Origin: Planctomycetota bacterium
GTDB taxonomy: Bacteria > Planctomycetota > Brocadiia > JAADGH01
Reading direction: 5' to 3'
Length of the DNA: 64,000 nt
NCBI GenBank assembly: GCA_040755855.1
Contig: JBFMAD010000004.1
Span: forward strand, 160,001-224,000
The notes beneath the pieces are model-generated. The model made no database searches. It saw only the letters and a list, made by a program, of their open reading frames with translations, and was not told the DNA's origin. The position numbers and the translations under genes are program-made. Positions 53,195-61,590 of this stretch are shown here, piece by piece; position 1 is the stretch's first letter; each line of letters begins with the position of its first letter.

Positions 53195-55753
53195 TCAGCG
53201 CAGGGCGCCGGCGAGATCATCGGGCGCGCACTCAGCGATCACATAGACCGGCATGCGACCCAGAGCGGTCGCGCCGTTTTCCACCGGCTGCTCGTTCCCC
53301 ATGATGTCGCGCACACGTGCCTTTTCCACCGCAATCGAGACCGGGACTGTCTTGCCCATTGGAACATTGTTGGCGAACAACACGGCAATCGCCTTCCCAT
53401 CGTGAGCGGCAAAGACGTAGGCCTCGACCTGCTTCGACGCCTCGACGCGTTTGTGAAACTTCGATCCGTCCAGCAGCGACACCGCCACAACATAGGCCAC
53501 GCCGAAGGGCCGGAGGGAGCCGTCGTACTCGAAGATGCTCATTGCGGGAAGCCGGGGCAGAAGGCCCTCCTCGTACACGCTCCAGTATTGGAAGTACTTT
53601 TCCGCGCCGCCGGCCAGCGCAAGAACGTAATAACGAACCGTGAGGGCTGCAACCTGATCCCAGGGATTCGCACTCAGCCAACGGACGTAGGAATCCAGGT
53701 ATTCATCGTCCATGTTCGTGTAGAACGATTCCGACGTGTCGCCGGTTTCGGTGTTCCAGATCGGCAGGGGCGGCCTTCGGGACTGGCCGGCGAACTCCGT
53801 GATGCGTCCGTAGGCGGGGAAGCCGACCATTCCGTAACCGTGATAGGAGAAGATGTCCACGCCGTTCAGCCCGCCGGCGGCGATGACCTTCTTCGTCCAC
53901 TCCGGCACGTGCCCGCAAGTACATGGGCCGAGGAGCGTGCAGTTCGGGTCGGTCTCCTTCACCGCCTTGACGGTGGCCTGGGCGAGCTGGGCGTACTGCT
54001 CCGGTGTTCCCCTGAAGAAGCCGCTGCCGTAGGGCTCGTTCCAGATTTCCCAATGATGAATCCGGTCTTTGTAATGGCTGACGACTGTCTTCACATAGTT
54101 CCTATACTCGTCCATGTTGCGCGGCGGGAAGAGGCGCTTTTCATGGCCGGGGGTTTCCTGCGGGGCGGAGCTGGCCCACTCCGGCACGCGAAGGAACTCG
54201 CCAAGAATCTCGACGCCGTGTTTCTTGACCAAATCAACTTCCTCGTCAAACCACCGGAACGTGCCCTTCTCCGGCTCGGCGGTCTGCCAGTGGGTGACGG
54301 TTGATGCGTCGTGGATGCGCGTCCACTTGATGCCCGTGCGGTTGGCGACCTGCATGTGGAACTCATCCAGGCGGAAATGCCCGCCGACGTTCGATTCGAT
54401 CGCGGGGGTGGGGTTCACCGGCGGCAGCACACTGAAGCAGAGGGCGGCAAGGGCCTCCTGCTCGCCACGCCGCGTCAGTTCCGCCCGATACACACCCATC
54501 TTGTCGCCGGAGAGGGTAACGGCTGTGGTCAGCGTCGCCTTCTCCTGCACGCTAATCACGATAGGCGCTTGCGCTACCTCCTCGTTCCAGAAATTCATGA
54601 CGCGGCAGACCATATCATGGTTCGCTGGCGCGTCCGAATCGTTGTGGGCATCGAGGGTAATCTTGACCGGCTCCCCCTGGCGAAAGATGTTCGCGGTCTT
54701 CTCTGCGGACAGGGTGTACTCAATCGGCGCCGCGGCGGAATAGGGCTGGACCGCGCCGCCTGCCCGCAGGCACAACCCATCGAGCCAGAGCACGCCGTCC
54801 TCGGCAGGGGGAAGAATGATGCGGAGATAGAAGTACCCGTTCAAGGACGGCAGGATTTTCTCGGCGACCGAATGCCGCTTCCATTCCGGCGCAGGCGCCG
54901 CCGTCAACGGAATCTGGGGCCGTTGGCCGGTAATGACCACCCCCGGCATCAGGGCGATTTGAACATCGCCGCTGAGGCCCCGGCCCTTTATGGACGCGGA
55001 CAGCGTGAACTCCCGCCCGCCCGTGGCGAACTTCATCAGCCGCGACCGAATCTGGCATCCCGCCCCGGACCATTTCACCCGAAGGCTTTTCGAGCCGACG
55101 GCCGCATCGTCATCGAGGACGCCTTCGCCGTTCACCACCCGCCAGTCGCGCCAAGGGCATATCTCGAAGCTGCTGTTGGGGATCACATTGTGCGTCGGGG
55201 GCGTTCCCGACTCAATCACCTCCGCCGGGTCGGTCTCAATAACGGAGACGTCGTCGAGCCAGATCGTCCCCCCGCCGGCGGGCTGGAAGTGGACAAAGAA
55301 GCCCGCTCGGTCCTCGTCGCTGAGAGAGATGCCCTCGAAGGTGAAGCGCTGCCACTCGGCGCTGGGGGTAAACTCCCTCCCTACCAGTCGGGTATAGGGC
55401 GGCGGCCCGCGGCGCAGAAGCGCGGCAACCCTCTCCACGCCCCCTTCCGCCCGGAGCCAGAAGGAACATCGGTAGAACCGGCCTTTCCTCACCGAAAGCG
55501 GCGAGAGGAACTGCACCGCGCCGCCGTCGAACGACGTGCACTGCACCTTGAGCGCGGACTTGCCGCCGTGGACGTTGCCGGTCTCCTCGCTGAAGACCGT
55601 CTCATTGATCCCGTAGCAGTTCTTCTGCCACCCTTTCGGCATGCCGTTGGAGAACAGCCCCTCCAAGCCGCCGTTCTCGATGAGTTCCTTCTCCTGGGCG
55701 AGCACAATCGCGGAAACACAGACCAGAAGCGCACAGACGGCTGCCATTCGCAT
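53195..55753 (-). CDS. Secreted clan GH-A (GH39-like) glycoside hydrolase with two N-terminal CBM4/9-like domains
   Basis: Signal peptide; LIENGGLE and VIPNSSFE CBM starts, IWLDDVSV; IWNEP and WNTETG catalytic motifs. Confidence 0.75.
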   Translation of the reverse strand: MRMAAVCALLVCVSAIVLAQEKELIENGGLEGLFSNGMPKGWQKNCYGINETVFSEETGNVHGGKSALKVQCTSFDGGAVQFLSPLSVRKGRFYRCSFWLRAEGGVERVAALLRRGPPPYTRLVGREFTPSAEWQRFTFEGISLSDEDRAGFFVHFQPAGGGTIWLDDVSVIETDPAEVIESGTPPTHNVIPNSSFEICPWRDWRVVNGEGVLDDDAAVGSKSLRVKWSGAGCQIRSRLMKFATGGREFTLSASIKGRGLSGDVQIALMPGVVITGQRPQIPLTAAPAPEWKRHSVAEKILPSLNGYFYLRIILPPAEDGVLWLDGLCLRAGGAVQPYSAAAPIEYTLSAEKTANIFRQGEPVKITLDAHNDSDAPANHDMVCRVMNFWNEEVAQAPIVISVQEKATLTTAVTLSGDKMGVYRAELTRRGEQEALAALCFSVLPPVNPTPAIESNVGGHFRLDEFHMQVANRTGIKWTRIHDASTVTHWQTAEPEKGTFRWFDEEVDLVKKHGVEILGEFLRVPEWASSAPQETPGHEKRLFPPRNMDEYRNYVKTVVSHYKDRIHHWEIWNEPYGSGFFRGTPEQYAQLAQATVKAVKETDPNCTLLGPCTCGHVPEWTKKVIAAGGLNGVDIFSYHGYGMVGFPAYGRITEFAGQSRRPPLPIWNTETGDTSESFYTNMDDEYLDSYVRWLSANPWDQVAALTVRYYVLALAGGAEKYFQYWSVYEEGLLPRLPAMSIFEYDGSLRPFGVAYVVAVSLLDGSKFHKRVEASKQVEAYVFAAHDGKAIAVLFANNVPMGKTVPVSIAVEKARVRDIMGNEQPVENGATALGRMPVYVIAECAPDDLAGALR

Positions 55754-55782
55754 GGCCGACCTCCCTCGTATCATCTATGGTA

Positions 55783-56514
55783 TTAGCGATCCCTCTTGAA
55801 ACGAGGGCGGAGTTTCCGAAGGACGTGTCGAACCATATGGACGATGCTCCCACCTCGATGGACGATGGGCTCGGCGTCTTCTGGCGGTGTTCCTTTGGGG
55901 CTTAATTTGTAAAAACAGGCAAGGCCGGTGGATCCATATTGAACGCTCAAGTAGAGATCTTCCTCGTTGGCATAGTAGAACGATTGCAGATATTCAAGAA
56001 TCTCGTCCAGCGCCAGCTCGGTCCCATAGTTGTCCTTTCGGCTGCCGGTCCGATAAGGGTGAGAGTCCACATCGTGGGCAAAAATCCACGACTTGGCGTT
56101 CATATAGGGATACCATCCTTCGAGCTCTTTTTTCACGTGCTCCCATTTGTGCAGGCTATCAATGTAGAGTATGTCAATACCTTCTTTGAGGTGGGGAGCC
56201 TGGGAGAGAATGAACTCGATATTCGTGCTGTCGGATCGGACAAACTGACACCGGCTCGAGTCCGTGATATCCGAACGATCCACGATGTCAACGGACACCA
56301 GCCGGCCATCCTTTTCTTCGCAGGCTTGCAGGAACACCGTCGTGGACTGACCGCTGCCGGTCCCCAGTTCCAGGATGACAGGGCGGATCTTCTCCGCCGC
56401 TTTTCTGTACATCACCATCAGATTCGCCGCAATCTTCCCCTCAAGGGTCGGCGTGTACTCGCTATATGCGAAGTCTCCAAAACTATGGTATTTCGTTTTG
56501 GTCATCGGTTCCAC
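55783..56514 (-). CDS. Class I SAM-dependent methyltransferase (Methyltransf_24-like)
   Basis: ILELGTGSGQST, SVDI, DILYIDSLH, HD; GGAGG RBS. Confidence 0.8.
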   Translation of the reverse strand: MEPMTKTKYHSFGDFAYSEYTPTLEGKIAANLMVMYRKAAEKIRPVILELGTGSGQSTTVFLQACEEKDGRLVSVDIVDRSDITDSSRCQFVRSDSTNIEFILSQAPHLKEGIDILYIDSLHKWEHVKKELEGWYPYMNAKSWIFAHDVDSHPYRTGSRKDNYGTELALDEILEYLQSFYYANEEDLYLSVQYGSTGLACFYKLSPKGTPPEDAEPIVHRGGSIVHMVRHVLRKLRPRFKRDR

Positions 56515-56534
56515 CTCCGGTTTGGGCGCATCCG

Positions 56535-57257
56535 CTATCGTCCGACGTAGAGGCGTTCGGCGTTGAAGTCCGGCAGGCCGGCCTTGCGAATCTTCTCGGC
56601 GGCTTTATCAATATCGTATTCGACGCGAAAGATTCGAACGACCTCCGCCCCTGCGTCATAGATGGCGTAAGCCGCAAGCGGATTCTGGTCTCGGGGCTGC
56701 CCCACGCTGCCGACATTCACCAGGGCCTTCTGGCCCGGCATGAGCTTGATGTGGTTATCGAGCGTGTAGATGATCGGGTTCACGTCGAAGAACGTAACGG
56801 GGACGTGGGAGTGTCCGAGGAAACAGACGCGGTTGTCGAGCTTTTCGAAGGAAAGCTGCGCGTCGTAGATGGTCTGGATGTAATCAAAGTACTCCGGCGA
56901 GTGAAGCGTGCCGTGTGCGAGGGTGAAATCCTCGTGCTCCACGGTGAGGGGGAGGCTGTCCAGCCAGTCCAGGTCGCCCTTGCTAAGGTGCTCCTTGGTC
57001 CAGAGGACGGACCGGAGGGCGTCGGGGTTAAAACAGCTGACGTCGGTCTTGCCCAGGACGGCGTAGTCGTGGTTTCCTGCGACTACGTGGCAGTCGAGAT
57101 CGCGGATGCGTTGGACGCAGGCGGAGGGTTCGGCGGCATACCCGACGATATCGCCGACGCAGGCAATCTCATCCACCTTCTCTTTCTCGATGCAGTCGAG
57201 CACGACGTCGAGCGCATCGAGGTTCCCGTGTATATCGCCCAGGATTGCGTATTTCAA
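56535..57257 (-). CDS. Metallophosphoesterase (YfcE-like)
   Basis: DIHGN, GDIVGY, GNHD, HG, GHSH, NVGSVGQPRD; TTG start. Confidence 0.92.
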   Translation of the reverse strand: MKYAILGDIHGNLDALDVVLDCIEKEKVDEIACVGDIVGYAAEPSACVQRIRDLDCHVVAGNHDYAVLGKTDVSCFNPDALRSVLWTKEHLSKGDLDWLDSLPLTVEHEDFTLAHGTLHSPEYFDYIQTIYDAQLSFEKLDNRVCFLGHSHVPVTFFDVNPIIYTLDNHIKLMPGQKALVNVGSVGQPRDQNPLAAYAIYDAGAEVVRIFRVEYDIDKAAEKIRKAGLPDFNAERLYVGR

Positions 57258-57286
57258 GTAATTTTCCTATGTGTCCGTCTCTGCGC

Positions 57287-58045
57287 TCACATCAGTTCTC
57301 TTCGTTCGAAGAGCAGCACGGCGGCGCCAAGCACAAGGGCCGAGTAAAGCCCGGCGTAAACCACGCAGGCCAGAAAATAGAGGGACGAAACAGCCGACGC
57401 GCTGTGCGCGAAGCTGAAATTCGACAGATTCGGCAAGGAAAGAAAGAGACATCTCAGGATGATGCGCGCCGTGGCGCTCGACTGCCCTGCCAGCCCCTGG
57501 AGGCCGCCGGCGAGGTTGCCAACCACATAAAGGATCAAGCACACCACCACGTTCGCCGCCATCGGGAATCGGATGGACACCGCCACCGAGACGGCCGAGA
57601 GCACCGCCACCTGCAGGAACGAGAACACCGCTGCCTGGAAAAACCACGGCGCAATTTGTTTGCGGACCGCCACGTAGGAGAGGAACAAAACCAACGTAAG
57701 CACAACCACCACGATCAGCCCCGATGCAATGATCCCCACATATTTCCCCAGGATGAACTCCATGCGCGAGACCGGTTTGCACAGGACGGTCAGCGCCGTT
57801 CGCCGGTCAATCTCCTCGGCAATTGAGGTGGAGGCGGAGAAGATGGCGGCCAGGAGGCCGGAAAGGGCCACCGTGGCGACACCCATGTCGCGAATCATCT
57901 TGTCGGTGTTATGCTCGGAGAAGGTGAAGAGCGTCATGGGATATGAGACAAGGATAAGGGCCGCGCCCACTCCGATTAGCACATAGAAGATCGGCTGCCT
58001 TACGGCGCTCGAGAGGGTATTTCCGGCTATGTTGGGAAGTCGCAT
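57287..58045 (-). CDS. ABC-2 type transporter permease
   Basis: About six TM segments; EEIDRRT..TVLCKPVSR.EFILGKY.G; FERRE C-terminus. Confidence 0.85.
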   Translation of the reverse strand: MRLPNIAGNTLSSAVRQPIFYVLIGVGAALILVSYPMTLFTFSEHNTDKMIRDMGVATVALSGLLAAIFSASTSIAEEIDRRTALTVLCKPVSRMEFILGKYVGIIASGLIVVVVLTLVLFLSYVAVRKQIAPWFFQAAVFSFLQVAVLSAVSVAVSIRFPMAANVVVCLILYVVGNLAGGLQGLAGQSSATARIILRCLFLSLPNLSNFSFAHSASAVSSLYFLACVVYAGLYSALVLGAAVLLFERRELM

Positions 58046-58046
58046 G

Positions 58047-58331
58047 TCAGTATCTTATGTCAAACGCGCTGAACTCACCGGTCGCAGGCAGCCAGCTCAC
58101 ATCGGTTTGCTGGACGTAGCGGCCCATCCGTTGCCGCACACCGGCCAGCAGCCCCTCCAGCTCGCGCCGGTCCCCTTCGGCCACCAGTTCCACCCTCCCG
58201 TCGGGGAGATTCCTGACGAAGCCGAGGACCTCATAACCGCGAGCCACATGAATCGTTGTGAAACGAAAGCCCACGCCTTGCACCCGGCCGGAGAAGTAAA
58301 CGCAAAGACGTTGTTTCTCCTGCTCCGACAT
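58047..58331 (-). CDS. acyP: Acylphosphatase
   Basis: Start moved to ATG 58331; [27 protein letters not shown]. Confidence 0.92.
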   Translation of the reverse strand: MSEQEKQRLCVYFSGRVQGVGFRFTTIHVARGYEVLGFVRNLPDGRVELVAEGDRRELEGLLAGVRQRMGRYVQQTDVSWLPATGEFSAFDIRY

Positions 58332-58562
58332 CGCGCCAGTTTCACAGCTTTTTAGTGATGATAGACATAACCCATGCCATGTTGCCAAGACCTTTTTCTT
58401 AACATAAAGCAGAATATCCATGCAACAAAAAAACGCGGCCTAAAGTAATCCCTTCATTGTTGCGGGCTTGCAGGGGAATCCCGCCAATCCGATCCCCGCG
58501 AAGATGCGTAGGGAGTGCGACACAGCGCCGAGCGGCCGCTTCGCAGATTTTTTTTGGATTCC

Positions 58563-58591
58563 TTGATTTTCAGAGAAAGTTGGTATATAAT
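58563..58591 (+). promoter_or_regulatory. sigma70 promoter for 58658 gene
   Basis: TTGATT (58563-58568) N17 TATAAT (58586-58591). Confidence 0.6.
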
Positions 58592-58657
58592 GCGCTATGA
58601 TGTATATGCAGCGTAATCGGAACACGATGTGAGTCCGAGTCCGCCAAGGTATACACT

Positions 58658-60310
58658 ATGATTGAACATCCAACAACACTTCGCGCCGCCGGTATTTGCC
58701 TTCTGTTTTGTATCCTCGGTCTCCTTTGCCGCGATCTTTCCGCCGATGTGGTGTACCTCAAGGACGGGTCCAAGAAGGAAGGCAAGATTTTGGAGCGGAG
58801 CGACAAAGAGATCATCCTCGAAATTCAGGTGAAGGGCCTCAAGGCCTCTGTGCGCATTCCCATGGACAAGGTGGCAAGCATCGAGCAAAAGAGAAGCCCC
58901 GTCGAGGAGTACGCCGAAATGGCCGCCTCCCTCAGCCCGGACGACGCGGAGGGGTTCTACAAGTTGGGGATGTGGTGCGAGGAGAAAAAGATCACGGATA
59001 AGGCCGAAGAATGCTTCCGCAAAGCAATCGAAATCTCCCCGACCTTCGAGGACGCAGGCATCAAGCTCGGACTGGTGCGCGTGGACCGCAAGTGGCATAC
59101 GGTGGACGAGATCCGATCCATGGCCGGAGCGCAGTTCAGGGCAAAAAAATACGAGGCGGCGGCGAAGCTGCTGGAGCACCTCCGACCCCTTCCCGCAACG
59201 CGAATGGACAGCATCACAAAAAGAAGGGTGCTTATGGATCTCGCCCCCTGCTACGAGGGCATGGGCAACTGGCAGCAGGCCATTGACATCTATGACGAAG
59301 TCGTGAAGTGCGCCAGCCAGAAGGCGGATATCGCCTTGGCGCGAGTCCGACAAGGCATCCTCGCCGGCAACCCCGACGGCACGTTCGACTGCCCGGCGGA
59401 CTTGAGCCTGTTCAAGTCCGTTAAAGACCAGCGGGCCGCGAACCTCCTCGGCAAACAATCCCTTACACGTCCCGAAGTCATGGACTTCGCCGTCCGCGCA
59501 GAGGCCAACAAAATCATCCAGGAAATCAAGGAAGGGATGGCCAAGGCGGCGGAGCAGAGCCGCTTCAACCCCGAGGAGGCCAATGTCTTCTACGCCCAGC
59601 TCACCGCCCTCGCCTGCCAAGCCGACTACCTCGTCCCCGACATCTCCAAGCCGGTCCGGCTTCAGATCGCACTTACCCGAGACAAGCTGCTGGATATCGT
59701 CGCCGCCAAGTATATGAAGGAAATCCAGGCCGACCCCGGCTACAATAAGGCGCAGGAGTACCCCGGAAAGTTGGAGCAGGCCCAGGCCTACATCCGAAAG
59801 ATTGACGAGCTGACCGCCCTCTACCAGGAGAAGATTGACATGCTCCGCCCCTTCTCCGAACAGGCATCGAAGCCGGTGGATGCGGCCCTCAAAGAACTCG
59901 AAAAGGCTGAAGACCTGAAACGGAAGGCGACAGAGGCCGTCGGCCAGCTCATGGATTACGAGGAAATCGAGCGCCTGGAGGAGACAATCGCCGCCAACTA
60001 CGCCAAGGCAAAGGCCATTGATCCCTGCAGCCGCGACTTCAAATACGGCTACGACGCCTTCAAGAGCGCCGATGGACTCTACCACTTTGTGGACGACGGG
60101 AAGGAGTGGCGCAAGCGAAGCGAATCGTGTATCCGATACTGCGAGAAGGCCCTCGACGCGAGCAAGAAAAAGCTGGAGTTGTGCCGCAAATATCCCACCC
60201 AATATCGCGCCCAGATCAGCCAGTGTAAGGCCGATATGATTCGGATTTACGAACTCATGATGCGCACCATCGCCAATCGCGATTGCAAGGGCGATGACAG
60301 CAGACATTGA
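58658..60310 (+). CDS. Secreted hypothetical protein with TPR-like helical repeats
   Basis: Signal peptide then ADVVYLKDG..EGKI; YKLGMWC..AEECFRKAIEISP; coiled-coil-like C-half. Confidence 0.7.
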   Translation: MIEHPTTLRAAGICLLFCILGLLCRDLSADVVYLKDGSKKEGKILERSDKEIILEIQVKGLKASVRIPMDKVASIEQKRSPVEEYAEMAASLSPDDAEGFYKLGMWCEEKKITDKAEECFRKAIEISPTFEDAGIKLGLVRVDRKWHTVDEIRSMAGAQFRAKKYEAAAKLLEHLRPLPATRMDSITKRRVLMDLAPCYEGMGNWQQAIDIYDEVVKCASQKADIALARVRQGILAGNPDGTFDCPADLSLFKSVKDQRAANLLGKQSLTRPEVMDFAVRAEANKIIQEIKEGMAKAAEQSRFNPEEANVFYAQLTALACQADYLVPDISKPVRLQIALTRDKLLDIVAAKYMKEIQADPGYNKAQEYPGKLEQAQAYIRKIDELTALYQEKIDMLRPFSEQASKPVDAALKELEKAEDLKRKATEAVGQLMDYEEIERLEETIAANYAKAKAIDPCSRDFKYGYDAFKSADGLYHFVDDGKEWRKRSESCIRYCEKALDASKKKLELCRKYPTQYRAQISQCKADMIRIYELMMRTIANRDCKGDDSRH

Positions 60311-60382
60311 TTGTACATGCCTTTCCTGGATACCATTCCCCCGTCGCCTTCTCCTGTTGTTATCGCATAGAAAGGAAATCCA

Positions 60383-61570
60383 TTGCCCGGCCCCTTATCC
60401 GGCATCCGAGTCCTCGACCTGACCCGCGTCCTCGCGGGACCATACGCCACCATGGTCCTCGCCGACCTCGGCGCGGAAGTCATCAAGATTGAAATGCCCG
60501 GCCGCGGCGACGACTCGCGCGGCGTCGGCCCCTTCTATAAAGGCGAAAGCGCCTACTTTATGAGCGTCAACCGCGGCAAGAAAAGCGTGACTGTCAACGC
60601 CAAGACCCCCAAAGGCGTCGAAATCATCCGCAAACTCGCGGCCATCTCCGACATCATGATCGAAAACTTCCGCCCGGGAACCATCACCAATTACGGCCTG
60701 GACTACGAAAGCGTCAAGCAGGTCAACCCCCGGATCATCTATGCCTCCATCTCCGGCTTCGGGCAGACCGGCCCCTACACCGGCCGGCCCGCCTACGACG
60801 CCATCGTCCAGGGCATGAGCGGCATCGCCGCCATCACTGGCGCGCCCGGCCAGCCGCCGGTGCGGGTCGGGTCGTCCATGGCCGATCTCTCGGCCGCGCT
60901 CTTCTGCGTCATCGGCATCCTCAGCGCCCTCTGCGCGCGGCATCGAACCGGACGCGGGCAGTACATTGACCTCGCTATGCTGGATTCAATGGTCGCGCTC
61001 CTGGAGAATGCTATCGTCCGGTACATCGTCGAAGGCGACGTCCCCTCCGCCATGGGATCGCGGCATCCCTCCTTCACTCCCTTTCAGTTCTTCAAGGCCA
61101 AGGACCGATACCTCTCCCTGGCCGTCGGCAACGAGTCGCTCTGGGAGCGATTCTGCCAGGCCATCCAACGGCCCGACCTTCTCGACGAGGCGCGGTTCAA
61201 AACCAATGCGCTGCGCACAGAAAGTCACGCGGCGCTCGAACCGATCCTCACGGAAGTCTTCGCCCGCAAAACCGCCGACGAGTGGGTGAGTATTTTCGAA
61301 AAGGCGGGGATCCCATCCGGCCCTATCAACACCGTGGCCGATGTCGTCAATGACCCTCACGTCAACGAACGAGGGATGATCGTAGAGATGGTCCACAAGA
61401 CCGTGGGAAAGCTCAAGGTGGCCGGCTCGCCCATCAACCTGTCCGAGGACAGGATCGAGCCGCATCAGGCCGCCCCGCTTTTGGGCGAACACACGGAGGA
61501 GGTCCTCTCCGGCCTGCTCGGCATGAGAGGCGAGGAGATCGCCCGGCTGCGGGAAGCTGACGTGATTTGA
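60383..61570 (+). CDS. CaiB/BaiF family III CoA transferase
   Basis: PLSGIRVLDLTRVLAGP, NRGKKS, ENFRPG, ISGFGQTGP, YD, APLLGEHT; TTG start after GAAAGGA. Confidence 0.92.
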   Translation: MPGPLSGIRVLDLTRVLAGPYATMVLADLGAEVIKIEMPGRGDDSRGVGPFYKGESAYFMSVNRGKKSVTVNAKTPKGVEIIRKLAAISDIMIENFRPGTITNYGLDYESVKQVNPRIIYASISGFGQTGPYTGRPAYDAIVQGMSGIAAITGAPGQPPVRVGSSMADLSAALFCVIGILSALCARHRTGRGQYIDLAMLDSMVALLENAIVRYIVEGDVPSAMGSRHPSFTPFQFFKAKDRYLSLAVGNESLWERFCQAIQRPDLLDEARFKTNALRTESHAALEPILTEVFARKTADEWVSIFEKAGIPSGPINTVADVVNDPHVNERGMIVEMVHKTVGKLKVAGSPINLSEDRIEPHQAAPLLGEHTEEVLSGLLGMRGEEIARLREADVI

Positions 61571-61590
61571 TGGGAAGGAAAGCAGACGCC

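Noticed and set aside
58360..58650. AT-rich intergenic region as a possible ncRNA
   Set aside because: Explained by divergent promoters; no convincing conserved structure seen
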